64,000 nt of DNA. It comes from a virus (lineage: Duplodnaviria; Caudoviricetes). The stretch spans positions 15,250-79,249 of the IMG/VR virus record IMGVR_UViG_3300033121_001167. The stretch is one strand, 5' to 3'. Below the pieces are notes generated by a model, which saw only the letters and a list, made by a program, of their open reading frames with translations, was not told the DNA's origin and did not search any database. Positions 38,208 through 47,387 of this stretch are shown here, in pieces. Each line of letters opens with the position of its first letter. Within the stretch, counting starts at the first letter, position 1. Both the position numbers and the translations under genes were made by a program.

Positions 38208-38521
38208 GATACTGAAATTAGATAATTTCCTTCCTCAATTAGACCCTTTGTGCAAAGGGCATCCAATATTGGACGGATGGTATATGAATTTGTATCGAAC
38301 GGTTTACCATCAATCAAGTCTTGAATTGGTTTAACCTGTTCAGGGGATTTCATTTTAGAAATTGGCATAATTGAACGATAGTCATAACAACTGTCGTTAT
38401 TCCATTCCATCTCAACAACAATTTCATAATCCGCTAATTGTGGGAATGTTTTTTGGATTAAGTTTTCCAATTCCCAAAAATCAATGTAGATTATTTCAAA
38501 TTTTTCATGTTTAAGATTCAT
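38201..38521 (-). CDS. hypothetical protein
   Basis: 106 aa coupled ORF. Confidence 0.65.
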   Translation of the reverse strand: MNLKHEKFEIIYIDFWELENLIQKTFPQLADYEIVVEMEWNNDSCYDYRSIMPISKMKSPEQVKPIQDLIDGKPFDTNSYTIRPILDALCTKGLIEEGNYLISVSW

Positions 38522-38830
38522 ACGGAACTATAAATTAATTTTTGGTAGTTTACTTAATGTTTGATTATTGCTCCTGCCCCATTGTAGGTCCGATGATACT
38601 GCGACGACCTTTCTTTCGTATTCGGCAATTATTTTTCTTGACATACTTCAAAACCCTTAATGCGGCTGGACTAACCTGTGGTTGATTCATACGTTATACA
38701 GTTTAGAATTTTTTTATTTTTTCGTTGAATTTATTTATCTGTGCGTCTATTATGCGGCCATATTTTATAGACCGATATAACGCATACAGTGAAAGGAGGA
38801 ATCCGAGAGTAGAAAGTATCATAAAATTTA

Positions 38831-39082
38831 TTAAAAAAATGTATTGATATGTGGTTCAATCTTAATAGTTAATCCGTATGTCCTATACTTTTCTCTAAAC
38901 ATTTTACGGTCATCGGACGGATTATAATAATTTTCGTTATTAATTTTCTTGTATATTTTTTTATCAGCAGTATCCATAGCAAGCATTTGTTTAGATTTCA
39001 ATGCCGATAAATATTTTTCCACATCCGGCGCGCTACCAATGAACGATTCAGTTACAAATCCAGTTACAATTACTTTAAACAT
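38831..39082 (-). CDS. hypothetical protein
   Basis: 83 aa coupled ORF. Confidence 0.6.
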   Translation of the reverse strand: MFKVIVTGFVTESFIGSAPDVEKYLSALKSKQMLAMDTADKKIYKKINNENYYNPSDDRKMFREKYRTYGLTIKIEPHINTFF

Positions 39083-39536
39083 TATACAATTTAGAATTTT
39101 TCAATGAATTGCAAAACTCATCCATGTCATGGATTGGGTTGCCATAATATTTATGAAATCCGGTCTTAGCCTTTAAAGGATTTTTTAACCGTTCCTCAAT
39201 CCGCAACCGAACTTCAATTGTATCACGGAAAGAAGGCTTCCAATCCTGTCTCATAATAGGGCTAAACTCCTCCACGTTCAACGATGTGGTAGGATTGAAG
39301 CCTCTACGTCGCATTTCCTCATTAACCGATTGTAGGCGATTTTTTAGGTATTGTAAGCGAGGCTTGAAAAAATTTATATGACCAGTACCTAAAGTGAATT
39401 GGTTGGGTACTTTGCCTTTAATAATTCCCCCATCTTTTCGCAATGCACCACTTATCATGGTGATTTCAACTGACTCGGCGATTAAATGTTGATCGGATAG
39501 GTATTGAGGATTACAACCTACATTAATCCTTGACAT
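39075..39536 (-). CDS. denV: pyrimidine-dimer DNA glycosylase (T4 endonuclease V)
   Basis: MSRINV...LSDQHLIAESVE (catalytic Glu retained); FTLGTGHINFF; EMRRRGF. Confidence 0.9.
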   Translation of the reverse strand: MSRINVGCNPQYLSDQHLIAESVEITMISGALRKDGGIIKGKVPNQFTLGTGHINFFKPRLQYLKNRLQSVNEEMRRRGFNPTTSLNVEEFSPIMRQDWKPSFRDTIEVRLRIEERLKNPLKAKTGFHKYYGNPIHDMDEFCNSLKNSKLYNV

Positions 39537-39551
39537 AAAATATATTTTTTG

Positions 39552-39593
39552 CAAAGATACGACAATTTTTGGAATTTTGCAAGCACATTAACA
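39552..39593 (-). promoter_or_regulatory. Bacteroidota-type promoter upstream of denV
   Basis: TGTTAATGTGCTTG, 20 nt spacer, TATCTTTG (39552-39559). Confidence 0.7.
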
Positions 39594-40037
39594 TCCAGTT
39601 GATCCAAACCCATTTTCAGAGCGAATGGTTGGAGTTAATTTGTCAATTTGGGTAAAATTGACTTGGTGGACTGGTTCAAAATATAATTGTCCAATCCGGT
39701 CCCCCACTTTAAACGGAAAGGGATCATATCTGATCCAATCATCATATAAATAACTCGGAATTGCCCTAAACCTAAATTGTAGTTCTCCTCTGTAATCACA
39801 ATCAATCTGACCGGGACTATTTTGAACTAACCACTTGTATTTTGTGAAACTACTGCGGGGAACTAAAACACCTTTCCACCCAACCGGAATTTCAAGTGCG
39901 AATCCAAGATATGCAACAAAAAAATCATCGCTAATTCGTTCAATTCTATCACAAAAAACGTCAAAACACGCATCATTTTCATGTTGTTTTTGCGGAATTT
40001 GAGCAGTAGGACTCAGTTTAAGAATTTTTATGTTCAT
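39588..40037 (-). CDS. dut: trimeric dUTPase
   Basis: ACFDV, PRSS, GQIDCDYRGE, RIGQL, RSENGFGSTG. Confidence 0.93.
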   Translation of the reverse strand: MNIKILKLSPTAQIPQKQHENDACFDVFCDRIERISDDFFVAYLGFALEIPVGWKGVLVPRSSFTKYKWLVQNSPGQIDCDYRGELQFRFRAIPSYLYDDWIRYDPFPFKVGDRIGQLYFEPVHQVNFTQIDKLTPTIRSENGFGSTGC

Positions 40038-40386
40038 TTTGATTTATAAGTTTAACGAGATTTACAATAGCAACAAATGCTACCGGACGATCACATTCAA
40101 TACATGCAGTGCCAAATTGATCTAAGTAGGATGAACCTACCCAATGAGTATCATTAGTTAAATTATCGCAATATATTAAAATTTTACGATAAACGTCCAT
40201 CAACCATTGCCAATCCACTGGCAAATCTTTATGGGTTCTCCATTTTTTGCAACCCAACATGAAACTGGTATTCGGATTTATCCAACCCGATACTTTAATT
40301 CCATTTTTTATATATGGAGAAGTCCACGGAAAATATTGGTATCCCATAAATTTAGCCAATAATTTCTTATCTTCTATATCGTACAT
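40018..40386 (-). CDS. hypothetical protein
   Basis: 122 aa ORF. Confidence 0.6.
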   Translation of the reverse strand: MYDIEDKKLLAKFMGYQYFPWTSPYIKNGIKVSGWINPNTSFMLGCKKWRTHKDLPVDWQWLMDVYRKILIYCDNLTNDTHWVGSSYLDQFGTACIECDRPVAFVAIVNLVKLINQNEHKNS

Positions 40387-40389
40387 ACG

Positions 40390-40704
40390 TTAAAAAATTT
40401 CTTGATTGCCCTTTAAAACTTGATAAAAACAACCTTGCCCGGTAAAGCATTTTAGAATGTATCCATGCAATTCATAAGCATATAGTATAAATGCTTCGTC
40501 CTGATAAGTTACATCATTTCCGTATTCTTTGAAATATTGGATGACGCACTCAAACAAAATTGAATTTCCCTCAATACCTTTGTCATACAGTTTGGATTGA
40601 TATTTTTCCTCCCACAGCAAAAATCGCTCAAATACTTCTCCAGCATTTGAAAGTGGAATTGTGTCCAGATAATCCAAAAACCGTTCATACTGCTTATTTG
40701 TCAT
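40390..40704 (-). CDS. hypothetical protein
   Basis: 104 aa ORF. Confidence 0.6.
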   Translation of the reverse strand: MTNKQYERFLDYLDTIPLSNAGEVFERFLLWEEKYQSKLYDKGIEGNSILFECVIQYFKEYGNDVTYQDEAFILYAYELHGYILKCFTGQGCFYQVLKGNQEIF

Positions 40705-41035
40705 ATTTTTCTCGTTTTTTCAATTCATTAAACAAATCTTGGATTTGGCCGTCTTCAGTCAGCCCGACATATTTTCGCAGATACTCCGCAACTGGAACTG
40801 ACTTTTTCAACTTCGTGTAATAGTCAACCGTCAATTTATTCAATGAGTTGATTATATGCGAGGTTTCCATATTTTCAATTAACAATAGTCCGGAAGTTGC
40901 TGATGCGTAATATCCACTTGGAATACCACCCGATATTTGACTTGCGTCAATCGTCTCTTTTGCCAATTTCGCGTAATCAAGAATTTGTTGCCAAGTTCCA
41001 GCAAATTCAACGCCATTTTTAAATTTGTATTTCAT
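40694..41035 (-). CDS. hypothetical protein
   Basis: 113 aa ORF. Confidence 0.65.
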   Translation of the reverse strand: MKYKFKNGVEFAGTWQQILDYAKLAKETIDASQISGGIPSGYYASATSGLLLIENMETSHIINSLNKLTVDYYTKLKKSVPVAEYLRKYVGLTEDGQIQDLFNELKKREKYDK

Positions 41036-41037
41036 GT

Positions 41038-42081
41038 TTAGTGTTTGTTTAATTCGTAAAGAAATTTTGTACCAGCATCAAGATTTCTGGTATATGAATT
41101 GGATTGAATAAAAATATCGTACTTTCTTGCGCATTCCATATTTCTTGGACTGCGTGTTCCAGAGGTTCCAAACGGAAGGCCCATTTGTTCGCGGCACCAA
41201 GTTGTGTTGGTTATGGTTTCTCCAGTGAGTTTGTCAATAAAGAGTACTTCCTTGTTTGCCTGTATTTTTTCACTTTCAATAAACTGATAGTACCCTTTAC
41301 CAGTCTTGTAATGCAATCCCATACTCTCAACAAATTCTTTAATTTTAACTGTATGAGTAACATTCACAACTTGAAAATTACCAAGCGTTTCAAAACTTAC
41401 ACTTACGGATTCTGGTTCAACGCCGTTCAGTTTGGCAAACATATTTGCCAGCGAAATGTTTGTTTTAAACTCGGGTTTGCTTTGTTGAAATTGATCCAGT
41501 GTATCGTTTTGTTTGTGGGCAATTCCCAGAATGTAGTCGGTAATGTGACTAAACTGGCTCAAATCCAATTTAATCCCACCAGACAATTTTGCCATTCCTT
41601 CATAAAAAGAAATTGCATGACGATTCCCAAGTGCTTGAATGGCATAGATTGGAATGTCCACCTCTCCAAGTTTTGTACTCTCCTCTTTCCAATCGTACAT
41701 TTCTTGAACTCCCCCACTCCGATCTCCTTTACTGTGTGGAAGTTCATCCCCGATCATAACTGCAATTTTATCGGAAGTTCCCCACGAAAATGATTGAAGT
41801 TCGTGTAAGACATACGAATACGCTTCCTTCGCATCACCACCGCCATTACTTGAACCACGATTAATGAATTCAACAATTTTTTGCTTATCGTTTGTCAAAT
41901 CTAATCTCTGAATCAAATCTCGGTCACAATAATCGTTATGGATGATGATACCAACCCGCAATTCTGGAATTAATTTAAACAATTGGTCAACTAACTCTTT
42001 AATCTGCGACCGAACTTGTCGTCGGACGGATGACATACTTCCTGTGTCATCAAACGAAATTACCAAATCTAATGGTTTCAT
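41038..42081 (-). CDS. von Willebrand factor A domain protein
   Basis: MIDAS motif SFDDTGSM; GGGDAKEAY; IGDELPH. Confidence 0.85.
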   Translation of the reverse strand: MKPLDLVISFDDTGSMSSVRRQVRSQIKELVDQLFKLIPELRVGIIIHNDYCDRDLIQRLDLTNDKQKIVEFINRGSSNGGGDAKEAYSYVLHELQSFSWGTSDKIAVMIGDELPHSKGDRSGGVQEMYDWKEESTKLGEVDIPIYAIQALGNRHAISFYEGMAKLSGGIKLDLSQFSHITDYILGIAHKQNDTLDQFQQSKPEFKTNISLANMFAKLNGVEPESVSVSFETLGNFQVVNVTHTVKIKEFVESMGLHYKTGKGYYQFIESEKIQANKEVLFIDKLTGETITNTTWCREQMGLPFGTSGTRSPRNMECARKYDIFIQSNSYTRNLDAGTKFLYELNKH

Positions 42082-42185
42082 TTGTTACCTTTTTTGGTTT
42101 ACACCTCGGAGATTTATCCACGGCATGGTGATATAATACGAATGCTAAAATTAGGTGCAATAAGAGCACCAAACATGTTGTTGTT

Positions 42186-42830
42186 TTATTTTTCAATCAA
42201 TAAATTTTTAACTACTGGCTTTGACATCCAATGTTCTGACGTTTGAACGTGACCTTTCCTGACCAATTTAACCACATTCTTTTTAAAATCATCGTACCGA
42301 AACTGCTCAATATTGCGTATTACCAACCCCTCAATTTTTGTTTTATCCAGACTTTGATATATCTCCTTGACAATCTTCTCATCGTACTTCCCGACATAGT
42401 AAATTTTTGGAAACGAAAATCCAAAAGCATCAGCATAATATTTGGTTTCGTCCCAACTTAAACACTCATTCTTTTCATTCCAGATATTCAGCAAAAAACA
42501 ATAAGTGGGTAGTGAATCATAAAAAATTGAATGGTGGGCATAACAATTTTCAAACACAAACCGCCATCCTTCTGGAATTTCGTGTTGAAAAGTTGCTGCA
42601 AATGCTTTTGACCAACTACGAGATGGATGATCTCCACTATCAAGTGAACGAGCGTGGGTGTCAGTTTTATAAACACTGAGCGACTCGCCGTCCATTTTCT
42701 CCGAAACAACTACATCAAATGTCTTGAATAATTCATAATCATCCAATGACATCATTCGGTCATCATTTTGCAGACCCTCCGAAAATGGTAAGTGGAATGT
42801 TTTTGGATACTTGACTTTAGAAGTTTCCAT
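42186..42830 (-). CDS. RNA ligase (nucleotidyltransferase superfamily)
   Basis: YPKTFHLPFS; SEKMDGE motif I; FEN; EGLVIR; KLVR. Confidence 0.85.
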   Translation of the reverse strand: METSKVKYPKTFHLPFSEGLQNDDRMMSLDDYELFKTFDVVVSEKMDGESLSVYKTDTHARSLDSGDHPSRSWSKAFAATFQHEIPEGWRFVFENCYAHHSIFYDSLPTYCFLLNIWNEKNECLSWDETKYYADAFGFSFPKIYYVGKYDEKIVKEIYQSLDKTKIEGLVIRNIEQFRYDDFKKNVVKLVRKGHVQTSEHWMSKPVVKNLLIEK

Positions 42831-43713
42831 ATTCACATTGTAAAGTTTTTAAACCTAAATTTCTCCACATTTCAACTACTTGGTCACGATCATCAATTAC
42901 TGCGATTACGTTGTATTTTGGCTCAATATATTCCCAAAATATCTCTTCCTTAATAATCGAGTCCTTTCGTTGATCTCCAGTTTTACGCATTATCAACTGA
43001 TTACATGTGATTCCATTATGGGCAAGCCAGTTTCTGGTTTCATTTTTGCAATTGTCCTCGCGACCACTTACGATCAATACCTTGTAAAATGCACCAAGTC
43101 TATTCACAATAGTTTTGACTGATACATCACAATCATCCAATTGAACTTTTGTGTAATCATACGGGCTTCGTTTTCCACTTGTATGAGCCAATGTACCATC
43201 AATATCCACAATGATAGCATCGTTCTTCTTCTCATCATGCACTGGTGCGATATACCGCTTCACGACTGGTGGGGCGACTTTGAAATCAAAACTATCAAGC
43301 AACTGTAAATAATCCTTCCATTGCTTTTTAATCACATCTTTTCCAACGGATCGTTCGCGTTTTAAATCACGTTCAATTGCAGTTTCCAAAGGTATGCCAA
43401 ATATCTGGTAAGTGACTGTGGCAGTATGTTTTACAATACTGGCAATCGCATCAATGTATTTTGATTTGAGATTAGTAGCATCATAAATGACATTGTAACC
43501 ATTGTTGATCAACGTGTCAATACTTGATTTTACCATCTTTGTAATGATGGTTTCAAGTTTGGTGTCAACGACACCCTTATTTTGCCAAACATAGCGAAAA
43601 TCGTCACGAGAAACGATACACCATTTGTCGTTTTTAGCAACAAAGTCTTTAGCCCACGTTGATTTTCCACTGGCTGAAATCCCGATTAGAATTTTCAGTT
43701 CACACTTCTTCAT
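42817..43713 (-). CDS. pseT: polynucleotide kinase/3'-phosphatase (T4 PseT-like)
   Basis: GISASGKST P-loop, SRDDFR, DATN; C-terminal HAD DIDGTLA, SGR, DDRDQVV. Confidence 0.92.
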   Translation of the reverse strand: MKKCELKILIGISASGKSTWAKDFVAKNDKWCIVSRDDFRYVWQNKGVVDTKLETIITKMVKSSIDTLINNGYNVIYDATNLKSKYIDAIASIVKHTATVTYQIFGIPLETAIERDLKRERSVGKDVIKKQWKDYLQLLDSFDFKVAPPVVKRYIAPVHDEKKNDAIIVDIDGTLAHTSGKRSPYDYTKVQLDDCDVSVKTIVNRLGAFYKVLIVSGREDNCKNETRNWLAHNGITCNQLIMRKTGDQRKDSIIKEEIFWEYIEPKYNVIAVIDDRDQVVEMWRNLGLKTLQCEYGNF

Positions 43714-44131
43714 CGCAATCATATTCTGGATCGTGTGTAAATGAAAATGTATCCACTTCTCTGTTAAGTTCTGAACAGGAAGAATATAGTTTTAATTCCA
43801 CTGTTAACATATCGCCAACAATTTCGGATATTTCGTTAATCTGAATACAGGTAGAGCGTTTAGTCTCGTGATCATTGTACCATACACCATTCCCTTGTAT
43901 TCCACAGGGAAGATGGTTATACATATCAAGATCATCAAGTGTACTTTCATAATCAAAGCACCAATCGTTCAGATAATCGCCGCCATCAACATCCGTAAAA
44001 TGGATTTTAATATTCCTTCTCTCAGGTGTTGAATCAATCGTGAGGGTGAAGTTTTCTAATGGAGACTCCTCGCCGATATACCATCCCATGTCAATCATTT
44101 GTTGTCCGGTCAAAAACAATTCCGTTTGCAT
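43700..44131 (-). CDS. hypothetical acidic protein
   Basis: Start MQTELF downstream of a promoter. Confidence 0.65.
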   Translation of the reverse strand: MQTELFLTGQQMIDMGWYIGEESPLENFTLTIDSTPERRNIKIHFTDVDGGDYLNDWCFDYESTLDDLDMYNHLPCGIQGNGVWYNDHETKRSTCIQINEISEIVGDMLTVELKLYSSCSELNREVDTFSFTHDPEYDCDEEV

Positions 44132-44162
44132 AAGTAAGTAAGTTTTGTTGTTAATAATACTA

Positions 44163-44194
44163 CAAAGATACGGCAATTTTTAACAGTTTGCAAA
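44163..44194 (-). promoter_or_regulatory. consensus Bacteroidota promoter
   Basis: TTTG (44191-44194), 20 nt spacer, TATCTTTG (44163-44170). Two TTTGCAAA palindromes (44187-44194, 44200-44207) overlap or flank the -33 box. Confidence 0.75.
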
Positions 44195-44234
44195 TTTATT
44201 TTGCAAATGAAATGTTAACGCAAGAATTTCGCAA

Positions 44235-44801
44235 TTAGCGTTCTTTCCATCCACTGTATTTTTTACGCCAAGTTTTTGGATTTGATTTCGTACCAGCAAG
44301 CCCCCACAAACCAAGTTTATTTCGTTTTGCAGTTGCTTGCAATTCTTTTAACCGTTTAGTTTCTAATTTTGGCATATTTGCTTCATCGCGAAACCAAGCA
44401 TGTCCGTTTTTCAGCATAAAAACACTCACATCAACACTGTCAACAAAAACTCGGCAAACTGATCGATCAAACATGTCGGTATAAACTGGAACAATTTGCA
44501 ATTGTTTACCACGAACTAATCTTCGCAGTACGTCGGCGGCTTCCAAAGAACCGGGCTGACGTTTTGTAACATAAATGGATGGACGTTCCGGAGCATCAAT
44601 TCCATATAATCTAATATGGTACGTCGTATCTGTCACTATGGTGTCATTTATAGCAAAAGTTTTTACAGTTGGACTATCGCCATCAAAACAACCTATACCA
44701 ACTGCTGTGTATGATTGTGTTTTAACCGATTTAAACTGATGTATAGTAGTACAATTTGCAAACAGAAGTGCAAAAATTACCAAATAAAATGCAGATTTCA
44801 T
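44235..44801 (-). CDS. thermonuclease (SNase family) with lipoprotein-like leader
   Basis: FDGD ... IRLYGIDAPE ... DMFDRSVC; LFANC lipobox-like. Confidence 0.85.
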   Translation of the reverse strand: MKSAFYLVIFALLFANCTTIHQFKSVKTQSYTAVGIGCFDGDSPTVKTFAINDTIVTDTTYHIRLYGIDAPERPSIYVTKRQPGSLEAADVLRRLVRGKQLQIVPVYTDMFDRSVCRVFVDSVDVSVFMLKNGHAWFRDEANMPKLETKRLKELQATAKRNKLGLWGLAGTKSNPKTWRKKYSGWKER

Positions 44802-44986
44802 AATTTATTTCCTTTTATTATTGCTCTATATTGAAGAATTAGTATTGAAGGGATTATTAAAATACCCATTGTTTGAAAAATTGAAATTTCGCAAATGTGG
44901 AAATAGTCCAACCATTCGTTTATCAAAAATTGCAAAAGTAAAACAATTACAATCCATATAATGATGTACTTAATCGTTTCACTCAT
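44798..44986 (-). CDS. small membrane protein (2 TM)
   Basis: 62 aa hydrophobic ORF. Confidence 0.55.
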   Translation of the reverse strand: MSETIKYIIIWIVIVLLLQFLINEWLDYFHICEISIFQTMGILIIPSILILQYRAIIKGNKL

Positions 44987-45329
44987 AACTGATTGAATTT
45001 AGATAAATTTGATCGGGCATTAATTGTGTAAGAATTTGAAATAATGTTTTTACGATGTACGGGAGCGATGTGTTTTCAACATTCAAACAGTCAAACAAAT
45101 CAATATCGGCATCGTCAACTGACTTAATTAACTTGTTTTCAATCATCGCTACAAACCACGACTCAATATCAATTCCATTTATCATCAATGTTGTTGGCAG
45201 CGAATGCTCAGCCCCAATTTCAACTGTGAATGCTAATGATGTTGGACGCACTTTCCCATTTTCAAGAATGTTGAAATGGATTGGTCGTATTGCAATTGTT
45301 TGTCGGAAATACCCTGTTTCTATTTTCAT
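44979..45329 (-). CDS. hypothetical protein, possibly degenerate QueD/PTPS T-fold
   Basis: Pattern FTVEI...LMINGIDI...ENTS...SISYE echoes QueD, but the His/Cys metal ligands are absent. Confidence 0.3.
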   Translation of the reverse strand: MKIETGYFRQTIAIRPIHFNILENGKVRPTSLAFTVEIGAEHSLPTTLMINGIDIESWFVAMIENKLIKSVDDADIDLFDCLNVENTSLPYIVKTLFQILTQLMPDQIYLNSISYE

Positions 45330-45337
45330 AATTTATT

Positions 45338-46354
45338 TCATTTTAGTTCACACTGTCCTCCACTGCATGCCAGTTCACCAGTCAAATCAGTGTTGTCATC
45401 CAACTCAATGACTTTGGTTAGGTCAACGGCAGTTAAGGTTTTTAATAACTCACTATATTCATCTTCAGTGCAGTCTGTAAATGGGGCTTGTATATATGTC
45501 CCGTTATCATATGGGAGTACGGAAAGCCCATTATAATACTTTTTGTTTTTCCACATCCATTTTCCTACCTCCTCCCATTCTTCAGGTTTAATTGACACGG
45601 TGGCTGACACATTATGAGTATTTTGTCCGTCAATGTGGGCTGGTTTAATCCATTCAACATAAAACTTCTTAATTCTTTCAAGTAAATCAAGCGGGGATTC
45701 GCTTCTTAAAATTGCATTATCCGGGGCCTTTTGTGGAATTGAAATAACTGCGGTATCATGCGGGCGGAAGTATTCATCTTCTACCAATTCAGGATGATAA
45801 ATTGATAAATATGTGTAAATTGCTTCGTTTTTATTAACACGGATCCGCCGAATATAATAATCATTATGCCAAGCATGAATTCCACTTGATGTCCCCAATA
45901 CCAAACTGCTCGTTCCTGCCGGTTTTACGCAGGTTGTTCTGGCTGATGAATTTATACCAATTAATTTAGCCACTTGTTTATTGGTTTCATTTACTAAATT
46001 GGCCGCGGCAGTTAAATTAAAATGTTGGGCCTTTCCACTTCCTATCCCGGTCATCGAAATTCCCAATAGTGCATCTTTTTCAGTAGTTCGTTGCCAAATT
46101 AGCCTCAAATAATGGAAATCGGTATAACTCGCTTGTAATGTACCAATTATCGTAGCAGCCCGCACCCGAGAATTTAAATCTTCCTGCGATTCGATATCCG
46201 AAACATTCACTTCACATAAATTACAAAATTGAAATGGTCTAAGGGCGATTTCACAATTATGTACCAAAAGTCCATTCGCAAAGAAATTATGATTATTTTC
46301 AACTGAAATATCATAAACATCTACAACAACTTCTATCTGTCTAATCTTTAACAT
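45338..46354 (-). CDS. nrdJ: class II ribonucleotide reductase C-part preceded by a 33-aa C-intein
   Basis: IntC 46256-46354 VYDISVENNHNFFANGLLVHN, then C(+1)EIAL; CVKPAGT; HNVSAT; C-terminal CSGGQC. Confidence 0.95.
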   Translation of the reverse strand: MLKIRQIEVVVDVYDISVENNHNFFANGLLVHNCEIALRPFQFCNLCEVNVSDIESQEDLNSRVRAATIIGTLQASYTDFHYLRLIWQRTTEKDALLGISMTGIGSGKAQHFNLTAAANLVNETNKQVAKLIGINSSARTTCVKPAGTSSLVLGTSSGIHAWHNDYYIRRIRVNKNEAIYTYLSIYHPELVEDEYFRPHDTAVISIPQKAPDNAILRSESPLDLLERIKKFYVEWIKPAHIDGQNTHNVSATVSIKPEEWEEVGKWMWKNKKYYNGLSVLPYDNGTYIQAPFTDCTEDEYSELLKTLTAVDLTKVIELDDNTDLTGELACSGGQCELK

Positions 46355-47387
46355 TTATATTATCCTTTGAGTCTATTAACGCATTTTTAATGAAATTAAA
46401 GTCCTTATCTGGGTTCTTTTGAGTCAAAATATACCGCAAACCATTTTCTTTTGAATAGTTCATAGCCGCTAAAATCTTATTTTCATAATAATCTTGAAGT
46501 GGTTGATTGTAGAAACCACCTTTGGTTTCAAATAAAATCAATTCACTATCAATTTCAATAAGAAAGTCAGGAATGTGAAAGCCATCCTTATTTATTGTTT
46601 CAATTCTAATAGTTTCATATTCCCACCAAATTCCAGTTTCTTCAAAAAACTCAATAAATGATTTCTCAAATCCACTTTTCACATATATATTTTCTTGCAA
46701 TTTGCGATTAAATTTGAAACCAGTGAGTATTTCATGTTTAAAAAAACTTGGACGGATTTTCTTTATCCTTGTATTATTTCTGATTGTATTAACTCCATGA
46801 ATCCTGGTCCACAATCTTTGTATTTCGTCATCTGGCAATGTGTCTAACCACTCAGTGGTTGGAATGATATTGTTGGTAATAAGCAGGATCAATTTCGTGA
46901 ATTCATCTTCCCAATTATTAAATCGTTGTATGATTTGTTTTTTGCGGCAAATTACACTCTTTGAATAATCTGATCTAAATTTAGAATATGCCTTAAGAAT
47001 TTCATCATCTGACATGAAATCACATTCAATACCATTATTTCTAAGCCTTGACCGTTTAAAATTTACCGAATTGACTTCGGTATTGAATAGTTTGCCAGGT
47101 TGCATTAAAGTCTTTTGGTATAATTCACTCCCATTCTTTGAAAGAAATTTCATCTTCTTTGAATGTTCTGGTCGAGAAATACCAAACTTTGGTTCACATA
47201 TAGTATTTCCACATGTTCGTTTCAAATACTTCCCAATAAGACTTTGGGCACTATTAACTAATAATTTAATTTTACCACATTTGCATTTTGGTGATGTATT
47301 TCTACATAAATAATTGGCGGTATCTAAGTCAAGATTATGAAATGTGGCTAATTCAATTATGTCTTCAATCGGCGTTTTTATTTTCAT
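46341..47387 (-). mobile_element. free-standing homing endonuclease (T7 endoI/TnsA-like PD-(D/E)XK) inside split nrdJ
   Basis: EYETIRI...PDFLI...FETKG; N-terminal CKC...TC Zn motif; overlaps both nrdJ halves. Confidence 0.78.
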
